Source of the DNA: Camelus dromedarius | Lineage: Eukaryota | Direction of reading: 5' to 3' | Assembly (NCBI RefSeq): GCF_036321535.1 | Contig: NC_087437.1 | Coordinates: 90,646,001 to 90,710,000 of the forward strand | DNA: 64,000 nt | In this document: positions 1-13,849 of the stretch, in pieces | Position numbering within the stretch: position 1 is the stretch's first letter | How the letters are laid out: each line of letters starts with the position of its first letter | The notes under the pieces: generated by a model | Seen by the model: only the letters and a program-made list of their open reading frames with translations | The model's database searches: none | Told to the model about the DNA's origin: nothing | Program-made: the position numbers and the translations under genes

Positions 1-70
1 AACTTGATTGGGAAGTAAGAGATACTAGCCAAATGGATTTGACTTTTTATAATATAGGTGAGTTTGCCAC

Positions 71-551
71 TGTCAACCCAAGAAAGATACACAACCTAAA
101 AGTTGTGAGTTAAGTTTTATTCAGGGATCTTACTGAGGACTACAGCCTGGGAGACAGCCTCTCAGATAGTTCTGAGGAACTGCTCCAAAGAGGTAAGGGA
201 GGAGCCAAGATACACAGGAGGTTTTGGCTGAAAAAAATATGTAGTTGAACTTCAAAATGATTACTGCTGAACACAAAGAACAGACATCTCAATTTAAAGA
301 TTTTAGTGTTTTTCTATGTATAGAAAGATGCAAGAATCTGGGTTCATTGAAATTATTCCTTAGATATGCATCTTAACTATCTAGGGTCAGTATCTAAAGC
401 ACAGAATTCTTCCTGTTTTCCATTCAGAATTTCCCTCAGGTTGCACTGTCAGTGAATGACTGCAGTGGCTAATTTCTTGCTATTTGTAGAAGTGGACTGG
501 TGGGCAACATTCTTTGTTTACTGGAATGGCAGGCAACATTTCCTATCCACA
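71..551 (-). mobile_element. Solo LTR, ERV1-class (cetartiodactyl-type)
   Basis: TG...CA termini; near-perfect 4-bp TSD ccac (67-70) / ccat (552-555); AATAAA on the minus strand at 116-121; resembles LTRs recalled from cetartiodactyl genomes. Confidence 0.8.
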
Positions 552-907
552 CCATTTGTAAAAAATATTTTGGAATCTATTTTGGATCAATATTTTGATC
601 AATCACTTCCCTTGTCCACTATTTAAATTTTTAAATCACTTTAGGACTTTAGAGAACCACTGTAGAAACAAGATTTAAAGCATTTTCTTTAAACTTCAGA
701 AAATGGAACAGATAATGTTTTATTTTAGGTTATTTATATCAGGTTATATAAATACCTAAGCCTAGTTATAATCTTGATTTTTTTAATCTTGATGCTCTTA
801 TTATGCTATTATCAAGGTTACTGATAGTAAATTTCTTAATGTACTTAAGGAAAGAAAATTATAATCACTTAATAGATGTCTTCAACAATATAGTTTAGAA
901 TCATAAT

Positions 908-1150
908 GACTTAGTTTGGGTTACCTGGAAAAAGGGCCTGAGAAGGGAATTTTTGTTTGTGTGATTTTAAAAGGAAGCAAGGTAGAAGAGGGGGAAAACA
1001 AACAAACAAAAACAACTAAAGGTGTGATTTCAGAAATTTGCTACAGGGTGATCTCACAGGACAATCTGGGACATAAATCCCATCATAATCGATGTCCTAT
1101 TTTAAGGCAAAGAGGCCTGTATGTTGTACCCCATGTCAGTCACTGGTAGC
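908..1150 (-). mobile_element. Degraded ERVL LTR (LTR16/LTR33-like) fragment
   Basis: Start 'tgacttagtttgggttacctggaaaaagggcctgaga' resembles the reverse-complemented LTR16/33 3' end; boundaries approximate. Confidence 0.45.
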
Positions 1151-1219
1151 TGAGGTGTGGAGAAGAGGAAGCTCACAGCCACCTAAGAAGGTGAGGTCTG
1201 TTTCCATTCCATGAGCTAC

Positions 1220-1388
1220 TATTCTCTCCATACAAAGAGGATATGATTACACTGGGTCCACCTGGATAATCCCCATTTCAAGATCCTTAGCCACATCTGT
1301 GAAGGAACAGATATAAAAGGTAACCTTAACTAGATCTAAGCATTAGGATGTAGACTGTGTTATGGATACCATTATTCACCCTCCCATA
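1220..1388 (-). mobile_element. MaLR MLT1 LTR fragment
   Basis: 'gattacactgggtccacctggataatccccatttcaagatcctta...cacatctg' matches the reverse complement of the MLT1 5' half. Confidence 0.6.
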
Positions 1389-2496
1389 TTGCCCCAAACC
1401 AACCTACATTCTACTCAAACAAGGGTGCCATAGTAGTACTGTAGATGCCGGGTTTGAAGATCAGTTCATATCTTGTTTTCAAAACACTTTGAAATATCTG
1501 GATATCTGTCTTTATTCCATGTGTGGTTATCTGAATAAATGAGCATAGGTTTTCTTGCATACCTGGATAATTGCTTCTCGCCTTGTTATGGTATTGTAAA
1601 GTCCTTTCTCATAGAGATCCAACTTTTCCTTTAGTCCATGAGCTCTGGGTATGATAATTAGCTTAGTGCTGGAAACTGAGTAATTGCTTGTAAATTTCCA
1701 TTGTGGCTTACCTCAGTTTTCTGATGTTTTATCTTTTTATTTCTTTAATTATATTAAACAACATCTTCCTTGGCTCTCTGTCCACTTAACTTGCCTCTAA
1801 AAACACAATGTTCTGTATCTTCTCCATAGACCTCAATGGGTCAGGCCCCTTGCCTACCATTTCAACCCAAATGTCCTTTCCTGCAATTATCAAATTAGTA
1901 TTTACTATAAATGGTAAATTAGCATCTCACATTAAATGCCTAGGGTACATCTTGTGTAACACCATCTCAAGACCCAGAGTCCCAGTCCTTTCCTATCAGT
2001 ATCCTGATTTTGCATAGGAAATTTGCTCAAGGTGCAAAATGCATTATCTGAAGTTTTGGCACATTTAGAATTAAGTTTTGTGCCTGATCTTAAGTTATGC
2101 CTGACCTTCAGAGACAGGAGGTAAGAATTTCTTTTAAGTACTACCAATAACTCACACATGTTGCTTTAAATTGTTGATGAACAGATTTGAACTACATTGT
2201 CTCTTTTAAAAGCATCAATGGTGCTCAGCAACAGCCACTCAATGCCACAGTACTTATACTCCAAATCCCTCAAAAGCTCCAGATACTGCACCAGTTATTA
2301 CTTTCCCTTCCACTTATATCACATCCTAGTTTATTGCAGAGAAAGTTTTAGCAACCTCACTATTACAACATGCCAGAGACTACCAATGCTGACTTACCAC
2401 AAATAATAGAATTCCTTTTATCATCCAGGTAGTGAATAATCTAACTCAAGAATCCAATTCTTAAAGTCAGCTTCCTCGGACAACTTCTAGCATCAC

Positions 2497-2928
2497 TGTT
2501 TTAGGGCAGGTTTCCTAAAAGCAGAGTCCATAATGGAAGATCATCTTCAAATGAATAATTGAAATGCCCTCAAAGGGAAATGAGTAAAGTGGGATAGAGT
2601 AGAGTAGAAAACCTAGCTCAAATTCCTGTTTCAGCTAAAGAACCAGCAGCAGCCTGATTCCAGGAGGAAGTTCTGTAATACAAATTGCACCAAATAATTA
2701 TTCTACCAGTTGTGTAATTTCTTTATCAGTTAGCCATTGGTTAAACTGGAGGGGAAGAGGAGGGAAAGATATTTCTTCTAGAGGAGATGGCTCTAGTTTG
2801 GCTGAGGGCATTTCTCTGGAGAAGGTAGAAGCTGCAAGCCATTACTAGTCAAGATTCTAGTCAAGCTCTTGGGGAATGGGTATGCTGGTAAAGAGGATCT
2901 TGGTGGGGCACCAACATCATTCTCTACA
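2497..2928 (-). mobile_element. ERVL LTR16-type solo LTR
   Basis: TG..CA ends; the minus strand begins 'tgtagagaatgatgttggtgccccaccaagatcctctttacc' and ends 'gcttttaggaaacctgccctaaaaca', typical LTR16 termini. Confidence 0.7.
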
Positions 2929-4375
2929 TAAAATATCATATTCATGGATTAATCTTTACTTTGAATCTCTTAGATCTGCATAACTACAGCAAAAGATTTC
3001 CTACGTGATCTTGTTTGGTTTCCGTTGTTCAGATAGAATATACACACTATAAACTGTCAGATGATTGTCAATCTTCACCTTCACTTTGGGCTGTAAAGTC
3101 CTACATGTACTTTATTCATATTATACTGTGTGAAATGAAGATGTGGCCATTATCCTGTTGTTTGGATCATCCAGGGTAGATAACTTGGGCCCCTAATTGA
3201 CTTTTCTTTTCTTACCTGAATGAATCAATGTATGTGTTTAAATTGATAAAAGCCAGCTTTCAGCTCTAGTATATTGGTCTGTAACTGACTACGATTGGTT
3301 TTTCTGCAGGACACCAAACACTTTAGATGAAAAGCTAGAAATCAGGTGGTTCAGATGAAGAGTGTGGCACCTCAGTGACCACATAAGACTAATCAAGTGA
3401 TTTCAGCCAACTTTTCCAAGTTGTGATGAGTAATAAAATTATGTCTTCATTTAATTTCTGTAGTTCTGTTCCCTTAAAGGTGGTTGATCTTATTTAACAG
3501 TATTTCTCTCATCCAGGGACATGTGATTGCCTTTTTTGCTTCTGGGGAATGGTGGGATAGATGTCAGTTCAGTACTGAAATCATATTAAAGCTGCATTTT
3601 CTTTTCTTTAATTTTAAAATTTAATTTAGGATTACATACTTTGCTTAAATTTTTTTACTTTAAAATATGGAGAGTTGGATCACTGATCCAAAATACCATT
3701 TTCAAATAATTTTAGTATGTAATTATCTTAGACTGTAAGGAAAATTATATATTAATTCATAGAGCCAAGGCATTCCAAGAGGGCATTGGGCCACAATGTC
3801 TCCACGTTCCTATTTAATAGATTAATGTATTTAAATTTATGTTTAGTGTTTGAGGAAAGCAAATATGTGTTCCTTACATTTTCATTTAGGAGATCAGAAT
3901 TTTATTTAAGGAGAACATCTCTTTAGCACTTTTGAAGGCTTTTTACTTTCTAGGTGATAATAGATTAATTTGTTCATTAAAAACTTGAAGCATTTATTGT
4001 GAGGCATTTAGTGAAAGAAATTATTGGAAGTCTAACCTCTTTCCTTCTGGATATTAGACTTAATATCACCTAATAAAGTCATTTGTAATCTTCCAAAGAC
4101 CTTAGAAAATATCTTGTTTTGATTTTATTTCTAAGTTGAAACTCTGTCTAAAATTCCCAGAGAAAAAAATATAAATATTTTTATAAGGAAGTATTTATAT
4201 GCACCTTAAAACTACTTAAAAAAATTAAAAGTTTTATCTGAGAGAAAAAAATGCTTTTTATATTTTTGCCTAACTGTTTCAAAGACTTAGGCCTCATCTA
4301 CTACGCATCGCAACATACATTTATCACAGCAATCTTTGAGAAAATAATTCTTTCTAGGGAAACTTACTATGCAAG

Positions 4376-4771
4376 TGTTATACAATCAATTGTGTCCCCA
4401 CAGAATTTACATACTGAAGCAGTAAACACCAATATAACTGTATTTGGAGATAAGTCTTTTAGGGAGGTAATTAAGATTAAACGAGGTCATAAAGGTTGGT
4501 CTATAATTCAATAGAACTGGTAACCTTGTAAGAAAGAGAAACACCAAAAGTCTCTCTCTTTCTGTGTGCACAGGGCAAAGGCCATTTGAGGATACAGTAA
4601 GAAAGCAGCTGTCTATAAGCCAGGAAGAGAATTCTCTCTAGGAACCGAATTTGCCAACACCATGATGTTGGACTTTTAGCCTCCAGAACTGTGAGAAAAT
4701 AAATACATTTCTATTGGTTAAACAACCTAGCCTGTGGTATCTTGTTACGTCAGCCTGAGAAGACTAATACT
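4376..4771 (+). mobile_element. MaLR MLT1A/B-type solo LTR
   Basis: Diagnostic MLT1 motifs (gtatttggagat, gaggtaattaag, ctccagaactgtgagaaaataaa, gactaatac); 5-bp TSD gcaag/acaag. Confidence 0.9.
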
Positions 4772-5129
4772 ACAAGCAATTGGTAACATCTCAATGACTC
4801 ACTCAGTCTTAGTATATGTTAGATAATTTTCTTCTTCAGGTTTGTTATCTATTGGTAGAAAATATCCAATTCAGAGTAAAAATGGTGATTAACTTGTACT
4901 TAATGTCATCATGAAGACACCAATAGAGATAGCTGATCTATTAATTTTGGCATGTAAAATGTACTTCTATAATTATCGATTACTTTGTAGGTAGAACTAA
5001 TTCCACATGCATTGATTTTCTTTTCTCTCTGTAAAGATAAGGTATTTTATAATTAAAATATGCAAATAATATTTACAGAATATATTCTCTATATCACAAA
5101 TACTCCATACATATTTGGAACATTTATAC

Positions 5130-5216
5130 CAGTGAGATTGGCAAATGTTACAAATTTGGTTTTTTTCCTCCACTATAGTAGGAATCAGTTATCAAACATT
5201 TACCAGCATATCACTG
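5130..5216. mobile_element. Small hAT DNA transposon (MER63-like)
   Basis: cagtga...tcactg termini; 'aaacatttaccagcatatcactg' matches a MER63-type end; 8-bp flanks atttatac/attaatat match at 6/8. Confidence 0.55.
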
Positions 5217-5389
5217 ATTAATATGTATTCAAAAGTAAGCCAGAACCTATGAGAAAGTACAAGAAAGCATATGACCTGGCTCTTACTATTGAGTTTTTAA
5301 GCTAGAAAAGGACATGAAGCTCATACACTTGACAAGGATATTACACAATTATTATCATGTGTTTATACATTCATACAGTCATTCTGTCA

Positions 5390-5810
5390 TTATTTTTAGG
5401 AAATTTTATTATGAAATATATCATAGTACATATGGGTTTATAAAACTATGTACAATTTTAAAAATTATATGTAAAGAACTGTGTAAACACCACAGAATGT
5501 AAGAAAGAAAACAGTCATTACCTCAGAAATCTTCCAAGTATCCCTGAATTTTTTTGTAAGTGTAATATTGAAAAGATCCTCAAGGACTTTAGGATGTATT
5601 TTGGATATTAAAGACCAAACTCTAGTTAGAGGCCCTCCCATCACATCCAATTTCCTCCTAGCAAATCCCTATCTTAAATAATCACTTTTGTAGTACATTC
5701 TCTCATGATTTTTTTCTCTTAATTAACATTATGCCTGGCCATTCTTCCATGTTGTTGCCTGTAGCTGTGTTTCATTCATTAGTATGTAATAATGCTTTAC
5801 TTTAGTTAAC
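5390..5810 (-). mobile_element. Ancient L1 (L1ME-type) 3' region
   Basis: Degraded antisense L1 3' UTR motifs ('catgttgttgcctgtagctgtgtttcattcatt'). Confidence 0.55.
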
Positions 5811-5819
5811 TGTTTCATT

Positions 5820-8710
5820 CTTTTTTTTTAAATTGAAATATAGTTCACATGCCATAAGATTCACCCTTTTAAAGTATACAGTTATATGTTTTTTAGTATA
5901 TTCACAAAGTTGTGCAGTCATCACCATTATCCAACTCCAGAACATCTTCATCAACCCCCGAAAGAATCCCCTCATCCATAGATAGTCACAACCCAATGCC
6001 TTCCCACTCTCACCCCTCTCCAAACCCTGACAATCACTAATCTACTCTCTCTGGATTTGCCTATTCTGAACATTTAATGTAAATAGAATTATGCAATATG
6101 TGGCTTTTTGTATCTGGTTTCTTTCACTTAGAATATTTTCTCAAAGTTTACTGATACTGTGGCATGTATAAGTACTTCATTCCTTTTTATTGCCAAAAAT
6201 ATTTGATGGAATGTCCATACTACTTTTACTTTCCATGTATCATTTGAGGAAATTTGGATCATTTCACTTTTTTACCACTATGAATAATGCTGCTATGAAC
6301 AGCTGCATATAATTTTTAGGGGGATATGTGTTTTCATTTTTCTTAGATATGTATCTATGAGAGGAATTGCTGGGTGATATGATGAAGTTACATTTAAGTT
6401 TTGTAGAAACTGCCAAAGTTTTCTCTTTTTTTTTCCTTCTTCTATATTTACTTTTTTGTAAGTTTTGTTTTGAAAATTACCTCCTATTCCTGACATTATT
6501 AAATTTTTTCCAGTTTTAATGGGAAATGACAAAGCTTTCCAAATCAGCTGTATCATTTTCCATTCCCACCAGCAATGCGTGAGGGTTCCAGTTTCTATAC
6601 ATCCTTGCCAACACTTGTTGCAGTGCATTTTTTAATAACAGCTATCTTTGGAGTGTGAAGTGGTATTTCACTGTGGTTTTGATTTTCATTATCTAATGAT
6701 GTTGAGCTTCTATTCATGTGCTCATTGGCCATTTACATACCTTATTTGGAGCAACATATATTCAAATCCACTATCCATTTTAAATTCAGTTTTCCTTTGA
6801 TTAAGTTGTAAGGGTTCTTTACATATTCTGGATATTAGTCCATTACCAAACATATGATTTGCAAATATATTCTCCCATTCTGTGGAGTCTTTTTTCCACT
6901 TTTTTGATAGCACATTTTGAAGCAAAAAGTTTATCACTTGATGAAGTGCAACTTTATCTAGTGTTTTCTTTTGTTTTTGTTTGTGATGTTATATCTAAGA
7001 AACTGTTGCCTAACCCACAGTCATGTAGAGTTTGCCTATGTTTTTTCCTAAGGGTTTTATAGTTTTAACCCTTACATTTGGAAATAAGATCAACTTTGTG
7101 TTACTTTTTGTATGGGGTCTGAGGTTTATATTCATTTTTTTGAAGGTGGATATCCAGTTGTCCCAGAATCATTTGTTGATAAGACAGTTGTTTCCACTAA
7201 TTATCTGGGCACCTTTATTGAAAAATAGACCATAAAGGTAAGAGTTTATTTCTGAACTCTCAGTTCTGTTCAATAATCTGTATACCTGTTCTCTTGCCAC
7301 TACTACATTGTCTAGATTACTATATTTCTATGTAAGTTTTGAAATCCTCTTTGTTTGTTAAGTGTTTTGGCTTTGTGGCCCTTGCATTTATTTCTGAATC
7401 TTAGGACCAGTTTGTCAGTTTCTGCCCTCAAAAAATGCATTTGGAGTTTTCATATGAATTATATTGAATCTGCAGATCAATATTAAATTTTTAAATCTAG
7501 GAACATGGCTTTCCATTGATTTAGTTTTTTAATTTCAACAATATTTTGTAGACTTTGGTGTATAAATCTTGTACATCTCTTGTTATATTTGATCTTAAGT
7601 ACTTTATTTTTGATGTTATTTTAAGTGGAATTGTTTCTTAATCTTATTTTCAGATTGCTTATTGCTAGTGTGTAGATTTTTTACAATACTTTTAAATCTT
7701 ACAACATTAATGAATTTGTTTGATCTAATATTCTGCAGTTTCTTTAAGGATCTTCTTTATACTAAGATAATATCACCTACGTATAGTTTTAATTTTACTT
7801 TTTCCTTTCCTACTGGAAAACTTTACATTCATTTTCTTGCGTGACTGTCATGGCTAGTACCTCCAGTATAGTGTTAAATGGATGTATTGAGAGTAGACAT
7901 TTTTGCCTTGTTCCGGGTCTTAGGAGAAAGTGTTCAGTTTTTGCCAGTAAGTATAATGTCAGTGCTATATTTTTCGTATCTTCCATTTATCAGGTTGAAG
8001 AAGTTACATTGTACTAGTTTGTTGAGTTTTTTTATTATGAAAGGATTTTAAATTTTGTCTAGCTTTTTCTGTGTTTAATGAAATGATAGTGGGGTTTTTT
8101 GTCATTTATTATATTGATATGTTGTGCTATAGTGATTTACTTTTTGTTGAACTAAGCTTACTCTCCTGAAATGAATCTCACTTGATATGGTTATATTACT
8201 TTTAAAAAATATATATAGCTGGATTTTGTTTGCTATCACTTTGTTTAGGCTCTTGTGTCTATATTCATTAGGGATATTGTTCTGTAATTTTTTTCCCTGT
8301 GGAGTCTTTACCTGGACTTAGTAGCAGGGTAATATTGGCCTCATAGAACAAATTGAGAAGTTTTTTCCTCTTATATTTTCTGAAAGAGTTTGTGAAGATT
8401 TGATAGTAACTCTCCTTTAAACATTTAGTAGAATTTGCCAGTACAGTCATCTGGGTTTGGGCATCCTTTGTGAAATGTTTGTATACATTTTTATTCACTA
8501 GCTCAATATTTTTGCTTTTATATATTTATTTGGATTTTATATTTCTTCATGAGTCACATTGTAATTTGTGTCCTTGTAGGAATTTGTCCATTTCACATAG
8601 ATTACCTATTTTGTTGCTATACCATTGTTCGTAGTATAAACTTATAGTACTTTTTAATTCTGTAAGTTCAGTAGTAATGTCCTATCTTTCATTCCCAATA
8701 TTAGTAATTT
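5820..8710 (-). mobile_element. L1MB-type LINE-1, 3' UTR plus degraded ORF2 C-terminal half
   Basis: Poly-T followed by the L1MB 3' end ('cacccttttaaagtatacag...cacaaagttgtgcagtcatcacc'); minus ORFs give ORF2-like peptides (TEWENIFANH; LNLFYEANITLL). Confidence 0.9.
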
Positions 8711-8732
8711 AAAAACCTCTTCTGAATATAAA

Positions 8733-9010
8733 GAGGGAGGAGATCAAGATGGTGGAGTAGGAGGACATAGAACTCAACTCCCCCCAGGAACACATCAAAT
8801 ATACACTATGTGTGGAACAGTTCTCACTGAAAACTAACTGGAAAATGACAGAAAGACACCTTTACAACCAAGGCTGTAAGAAAGATCCATATGGAAATGG
8901 GTTAGAAAGGAAAAAGAACTAATCAGGTCAGTACCTGTGCCTAAGGGAGGGGACTCAGAGAAAAACGGAGGTAAAAGGGGCTGGAAAATGAGCAGTTTGA
9001 GCCACATATT
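8733..9010 (+). mobile_element. Isolated L1 5' UTR start
   Basis: 'gagatcaagatggtggagtaggaggac...tgtggaacagttctcactgaaaactaactg' is homologous to the L1 5' ends at 23684 and 63456. Confidence 0.85.
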
Positions 9011-11750
9011 AAATTGATTCCTAAGAATTTTTGTACTATTGTAAATGATGGCTTTTGTAACTTTACTATCCATTTTTTGTCATTGGTGTATGCAAATATA
9101 CTTATTTTTCTATATTTTTATCTTACAATATTACACTTATTAATTCTAGTAGTTGCTTGAGGACTACTTTGGATTTTTTTATTCACACCTTGTCATCTCT
9201 CAAAAAAGTTATCTTACTTCTTCTTTTACAATATTTAATATTCTTGTTTCCTTTTCTTCCTCTAGTGCTCCAGCTAGAATCTTCAATACAATGTCACATA
9301 CAAATAGTTTTATAGGACATCTTTGCTATATGCCCTATATTTTTCTTTCTTATAATGTGCTGTATCATTGGTAATTTTTAAGTGCATTATTGTGATACAT
9401 CTCAATTGCTTATGATGCATTTTTCTTATTCTACATTGCTGAACTCGCTTTGCTGATACTCATTAAAGAATTTTTGCATCATGCACATGAATGATACCAA
9501 TTTATGTTTTTCTTTTTGTTGTATAGTTGTTAGATTTTAGTATCAGGGCTGTGCAAGCCTCCCAAACCAAGCTGAGAACTACTCCTTCTTCCTATATTTT
9601 CTGAAAGAGTTGATGTAAGACTGCATCATTGATACTATTCCTTAAGTACTATACATAATTCACCAGTGACGTCATCTGCTTCTGGAGATTTCTTTGTGGA
9701 AAGGTTTGCATGTATATATAAAACTGCTGTATACATAAAACTTCTTTAGTTCATTAGCTGTTTATACAAATCTAGGTCAGTAGTAATTTTCTCTCAGCAT
9801 ATTGAAAATACAAGTCCACTAACTCTTCACTTTTATTATTTGTATTTGTAAATCAATTATCAGTGTAAAAATCACTAATTTGAAGGTAGTAGGAGTTTTT
9901 TAGCCAACCAAGGAAAAAAATCTTTCTCTATATTTTGGTATTCTACATGTGACCATATGACAGTTTTTATTTATTCTGCCTGAGGTTCCTACAGCTTCTT
10001 ATGGATTAGTGGAGCTCATCATTTTGGGCAAATTTCCAGCCATTATATCATCACATATTTTTGTTTTATATTCTTCTTTTTTATAGATTTCTGGTTATGT
10101 TGAACTTCTAATTCTATATTTGTTATATGCTGCAAGAAACAGAATAATGGTCATTGAAACCCCCAGAACCTGTGAATATGTTCTCTCTCATGACAAAACA
10201 GACTTGGCAGATGTAATTAAGTTTAAGGTTTTGAAATCAGAAGACTATCCTGGATTAAGTGTGGATTCTATTTAATTACATGGGTTCCTGAAACTGAAAG
10301 ACAACAAGATAAAGAGTGTCAGAGAAATAACAATTTGAGAAGGCTTGACCCACAAGTGCCTGCTTTGAAGATGCAGGAAGGGGACAACAAACCAAGGAAT
10401 ATGGCAGCATCTAGCAGATGTAAGTAACTCTCAGTTTATAGCCAGCAGGAAATCAGGGACCTTATCCCATAACAAGGAACTGAATTTTTAAAAAAACCCA
10501 AATGAGCTGAATAGCTTATTCTTTACAATCTCCAGAAATGATTGCAGGCTGCCTATACTTTGATTTTAAACCAACACCTTTACTGAACTTCCTACCTACA
10601 GAACTGAAAAATAAAATTTGTGCTATGTAAGCTGTTTAATTTGTGGTAATCCGTTATGGCAGTAACAGAAAACTAATGTATGTGTTAATAGCTATTTTTA
10701 AATTTTATAATTATAATCTTTATATGTTGAACTGGAGAAACTTTCATCTGATTTAGCTGTCAGTTCACCAATTCTCTTTTCAGCTATGTCTACGTTTGTT
10801 AAAGCTATTCATATTGTTATTGTTTGCTATTATTGTTATTATTACTTTTCCCCTAGAAGTCTGAGTTGATTTATTTGAATCGGACTTTCACATTCTAATA
10901 AATATTTACAATTATTTTTATATTTGTTCCTTGCAACACAGTAAACAAATTTATAATCTCTTCTGGAAAGTCTAATATTGAACGTTATACAGGTCTATTT
11001 CTATTACATGTTTTTTCTTCAGATTCTTTCTCATGATTCCATGCTTACATGTTTGCTTTTTCAATGTAACTTAATTATTTTCCTTGTGAAACACTTTTTT
11101 CTTGGTTGAAGGTACTTCTGCCGACTTCTGAAAGGCACTTGGTTGCAATGCTAAACAGGAATAATTTTAAATTAAATTTGCACCTTGAATTTTGTTTTGT
11201 TTTGTTTTTGACCATGATGATGGTATGACTTTATAGATCCACAATATAATGGAAGACTATACTATATTTATTTAAATTGTACAAAATCGTGTAATTTATA
11301 TACATTTTTGCCCCATTTCATATTTAGTGTCAAAGAAATTCTTTGCTGTTACTGTGCCATGTAAGTAAGGCATATTTATTTCTGATTCACAAACTGTTGG
11401 TGCAGACTTTGGGTTCTGCATTTTATCATAGGAGTGTTTGATACGTTACTCTACAACTTGCATAAGCCTTCGGTTTTTCTTTTTCTCTATAAGACCTAAA
11501 TATTCTTTGAAAACTATAGTTCAAATTTTCATAGTTTGGTAGATGCCATTTGGGAAAAAGTACCTTCAGTGACCAACTTATATTTCTGGATTCCAGACTT
11601 CATTCAGAATCTGACCTGATATTTCTTTACTATCTTCCAAATCTTCCATCATTTTAACAAGAAGGTTTCATTTGTTTTTCAGTATTTTTGGTTATTTTCA
11701 GTTGGAAGGTATGTCTGAATACCTAACTTGTCATAATCCTGGACATAATT
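9011..11750 (-). mobile_element. Highly degraded ancient L1 (L1M/L1ME), interrupted by MLT1
   Basis: T-rich antisense L1-like blocks ('ttctgaaagagttgatgtaagact', 'ttcaccagtgacgtcatctg', 'gggcaaatttccagccattat'). Confidence 0.6.
10128..10680 (+). mobile_element. MaLR MLT1D/E-type LTR
   Basis: 'cagaataatgg...agaacctgtgaatatgtt...gcagatgtaattaag...tttgaagatgcaggaaggggac...aaaactaatgta'. Confidence 0.85.
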
Positions 11751-12984
11751 AATTTATTAAACAAATATTTACTGAGGATTTATCATACTTCTGATATTTC
11801 AGTGTGAATAAAACAAAGTTTTGACCACTTGAAACTTATATTTCTATAACAAAACACATAAAAATGTAAGTTAGATAAATATTATAAAATAAAGAATGAA
11901 AGGAAAGCTTGAGATCATCTAGATCAATATCCTTACACAGGAGACTGTGAGGTGGTGTTGATTATGCTGGTTGTAAATTGCAAACTCAAGACTATCAGTT
12001 ACCCTCAATCTCAGATCAAGGTTCTCTCAGTCTACCATATTGATTTACTTCCATTTTTTTGTTTGTCATTGTTTCTAATAGCAGGATTCTGTTTCACCCT
12101 GTGGATCAAGCTGGTTGTAAGTTTAAGTTCTTTAAGGGTTCCTTAAGAATTCTCTAAGGAAAACTTTTGCATGAGCTTTTAAAATATAAACTGCCAAAGA
12201 TATATGTGTTATAAATATTTGAGTACTACAATAGTAGTAGGCCCACTTACATCTGCTTGATAAATTCTATTCAACTAGAGTAATATAAGAAAACTTGTGT
12301 AATTTTACATAAAAAGTCAAAGGAGAAAACTGGAATATTAGTTTAGAGATCTAGTCAGTGCTACAGACACAAACTGTAACAGGAAAGAGAAAGCTCACAA
12401 TAAATGAAGAAACCTTCTCTACAAATTATTAATTAGTGAGTATTCAAAAGTATGGGGACAGTTACAAATTAAAAATCGAAATTTTTTTTTTAACCCTTGA
12501 TGAGTCACCCATTGATTCCCTAATGAACACTACCTAATGATGAACCTATGCCATTTGGGTCAGAATTTCTTTTTAGACAATTTTTAGTGAGATTATCTGT
12601 TTTTCCTATAAGCATTTTTCGACCTTTCTGGCTATAGATTTTTTACAACTGCTGTTCCCAGCCAAACATTTGACATTTTTACCACAGAACATTAAATTAC
12701 CACACTTCCCACCCACATAAATGTTCTTCTTTCACATTTCTCTTTAGAACCTTTGTTCCCACAAAACTTACTACTTTGGGAAAGCCTTTCCATATTAGCA
12801 CTGACCAGAGGCAAGAATTCTGTACTTTTCTAATTATTACCTAAAAATAGTCAAACATTATAATGCTGATTTTATCTGCTTTTTTTGACTTCTTGCTTGT
12901 CTGGCTGTGAAAGAAATGTTTCTTTCGCTTATTGAATAAATATACAGTAAAAAAAAAAAAAACCCTAGATACTACTTAAGTCTT

Positions 12985-13230
12985 AATAATAATTCCTATA
13001 ATCTATTTTGAGCATTTTATGACTACCAATCACAGTTCCAAGTAATTTTCTTGTAGAGCTCATTTAATTCTCACAATGACATTCTGAAATAAGTACTACT
13101 GTTCCTCCTATTTTACAGATAAAAAAGCTGAGATTCACTAAAGTGAAGCAATCTGCTCATGGGCACACAGGCATAAAATGGTAGAGCCGAGATCTGAACC
13201 AATGCAGTCCTGCTCCACAGACCGTGCTTC
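12985..13230 (-). mobile_element. MIR SINE
   Basis: Reverse-complemented MIR core 'ctcatttaattctcacaatgac...attttacagataaaaaagctgag' with the tRNA-derived head at the right. Confidence 0.85.
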
Positions 13231-13849
13231 GGTGTTTGCTCTTTGGCCTTCCATTTACTGTATTTACTAGGGTCAACCAAGATCTTCATATAGATAAGTT
13301 TATAGTATTTTATTTTATTATAAGAGCCCTAATTTATCTTGTATTCTTATTTTCTGATTTTGGAAATTCCTTTAAATTTTGTACTTTAAGATGTAGGTTT
13401 TTGTAAGATAAATATTGTGTGTGTATTATATCTATTTTCCATTATACACCATAACAGATACAATATACATAAACATAATACACAGTTACATACATATATA
13501 TATGTTATAGTTCGAAAATTTCATGATTGTACTGTTTATAAAATTTTTCTTTTTTATCTTTCTCTTCTTATTTCATAAAATTAAAGCAACATACTATAAC
13601 ATTAAATGTTATGAAAACCAGAAACACAGTTTAAAAGACTGCTTAACAATTCATCCCATACTTGTCTTATATAACCATTAATTCACTGTTATCCACTTTC
13701 ATTTCTTCATTTCACTATGATTAAAAAATACTTCAATGTTTATGTTCAGTCATGATTCATTTTCTAGCTAGACCTCTTCAGAAACCAAAACTTATTTTCC
13801 TTTGCTTCTAAGGATCCACTACTACAAAATCTCTTGAAATATTTTCCAC

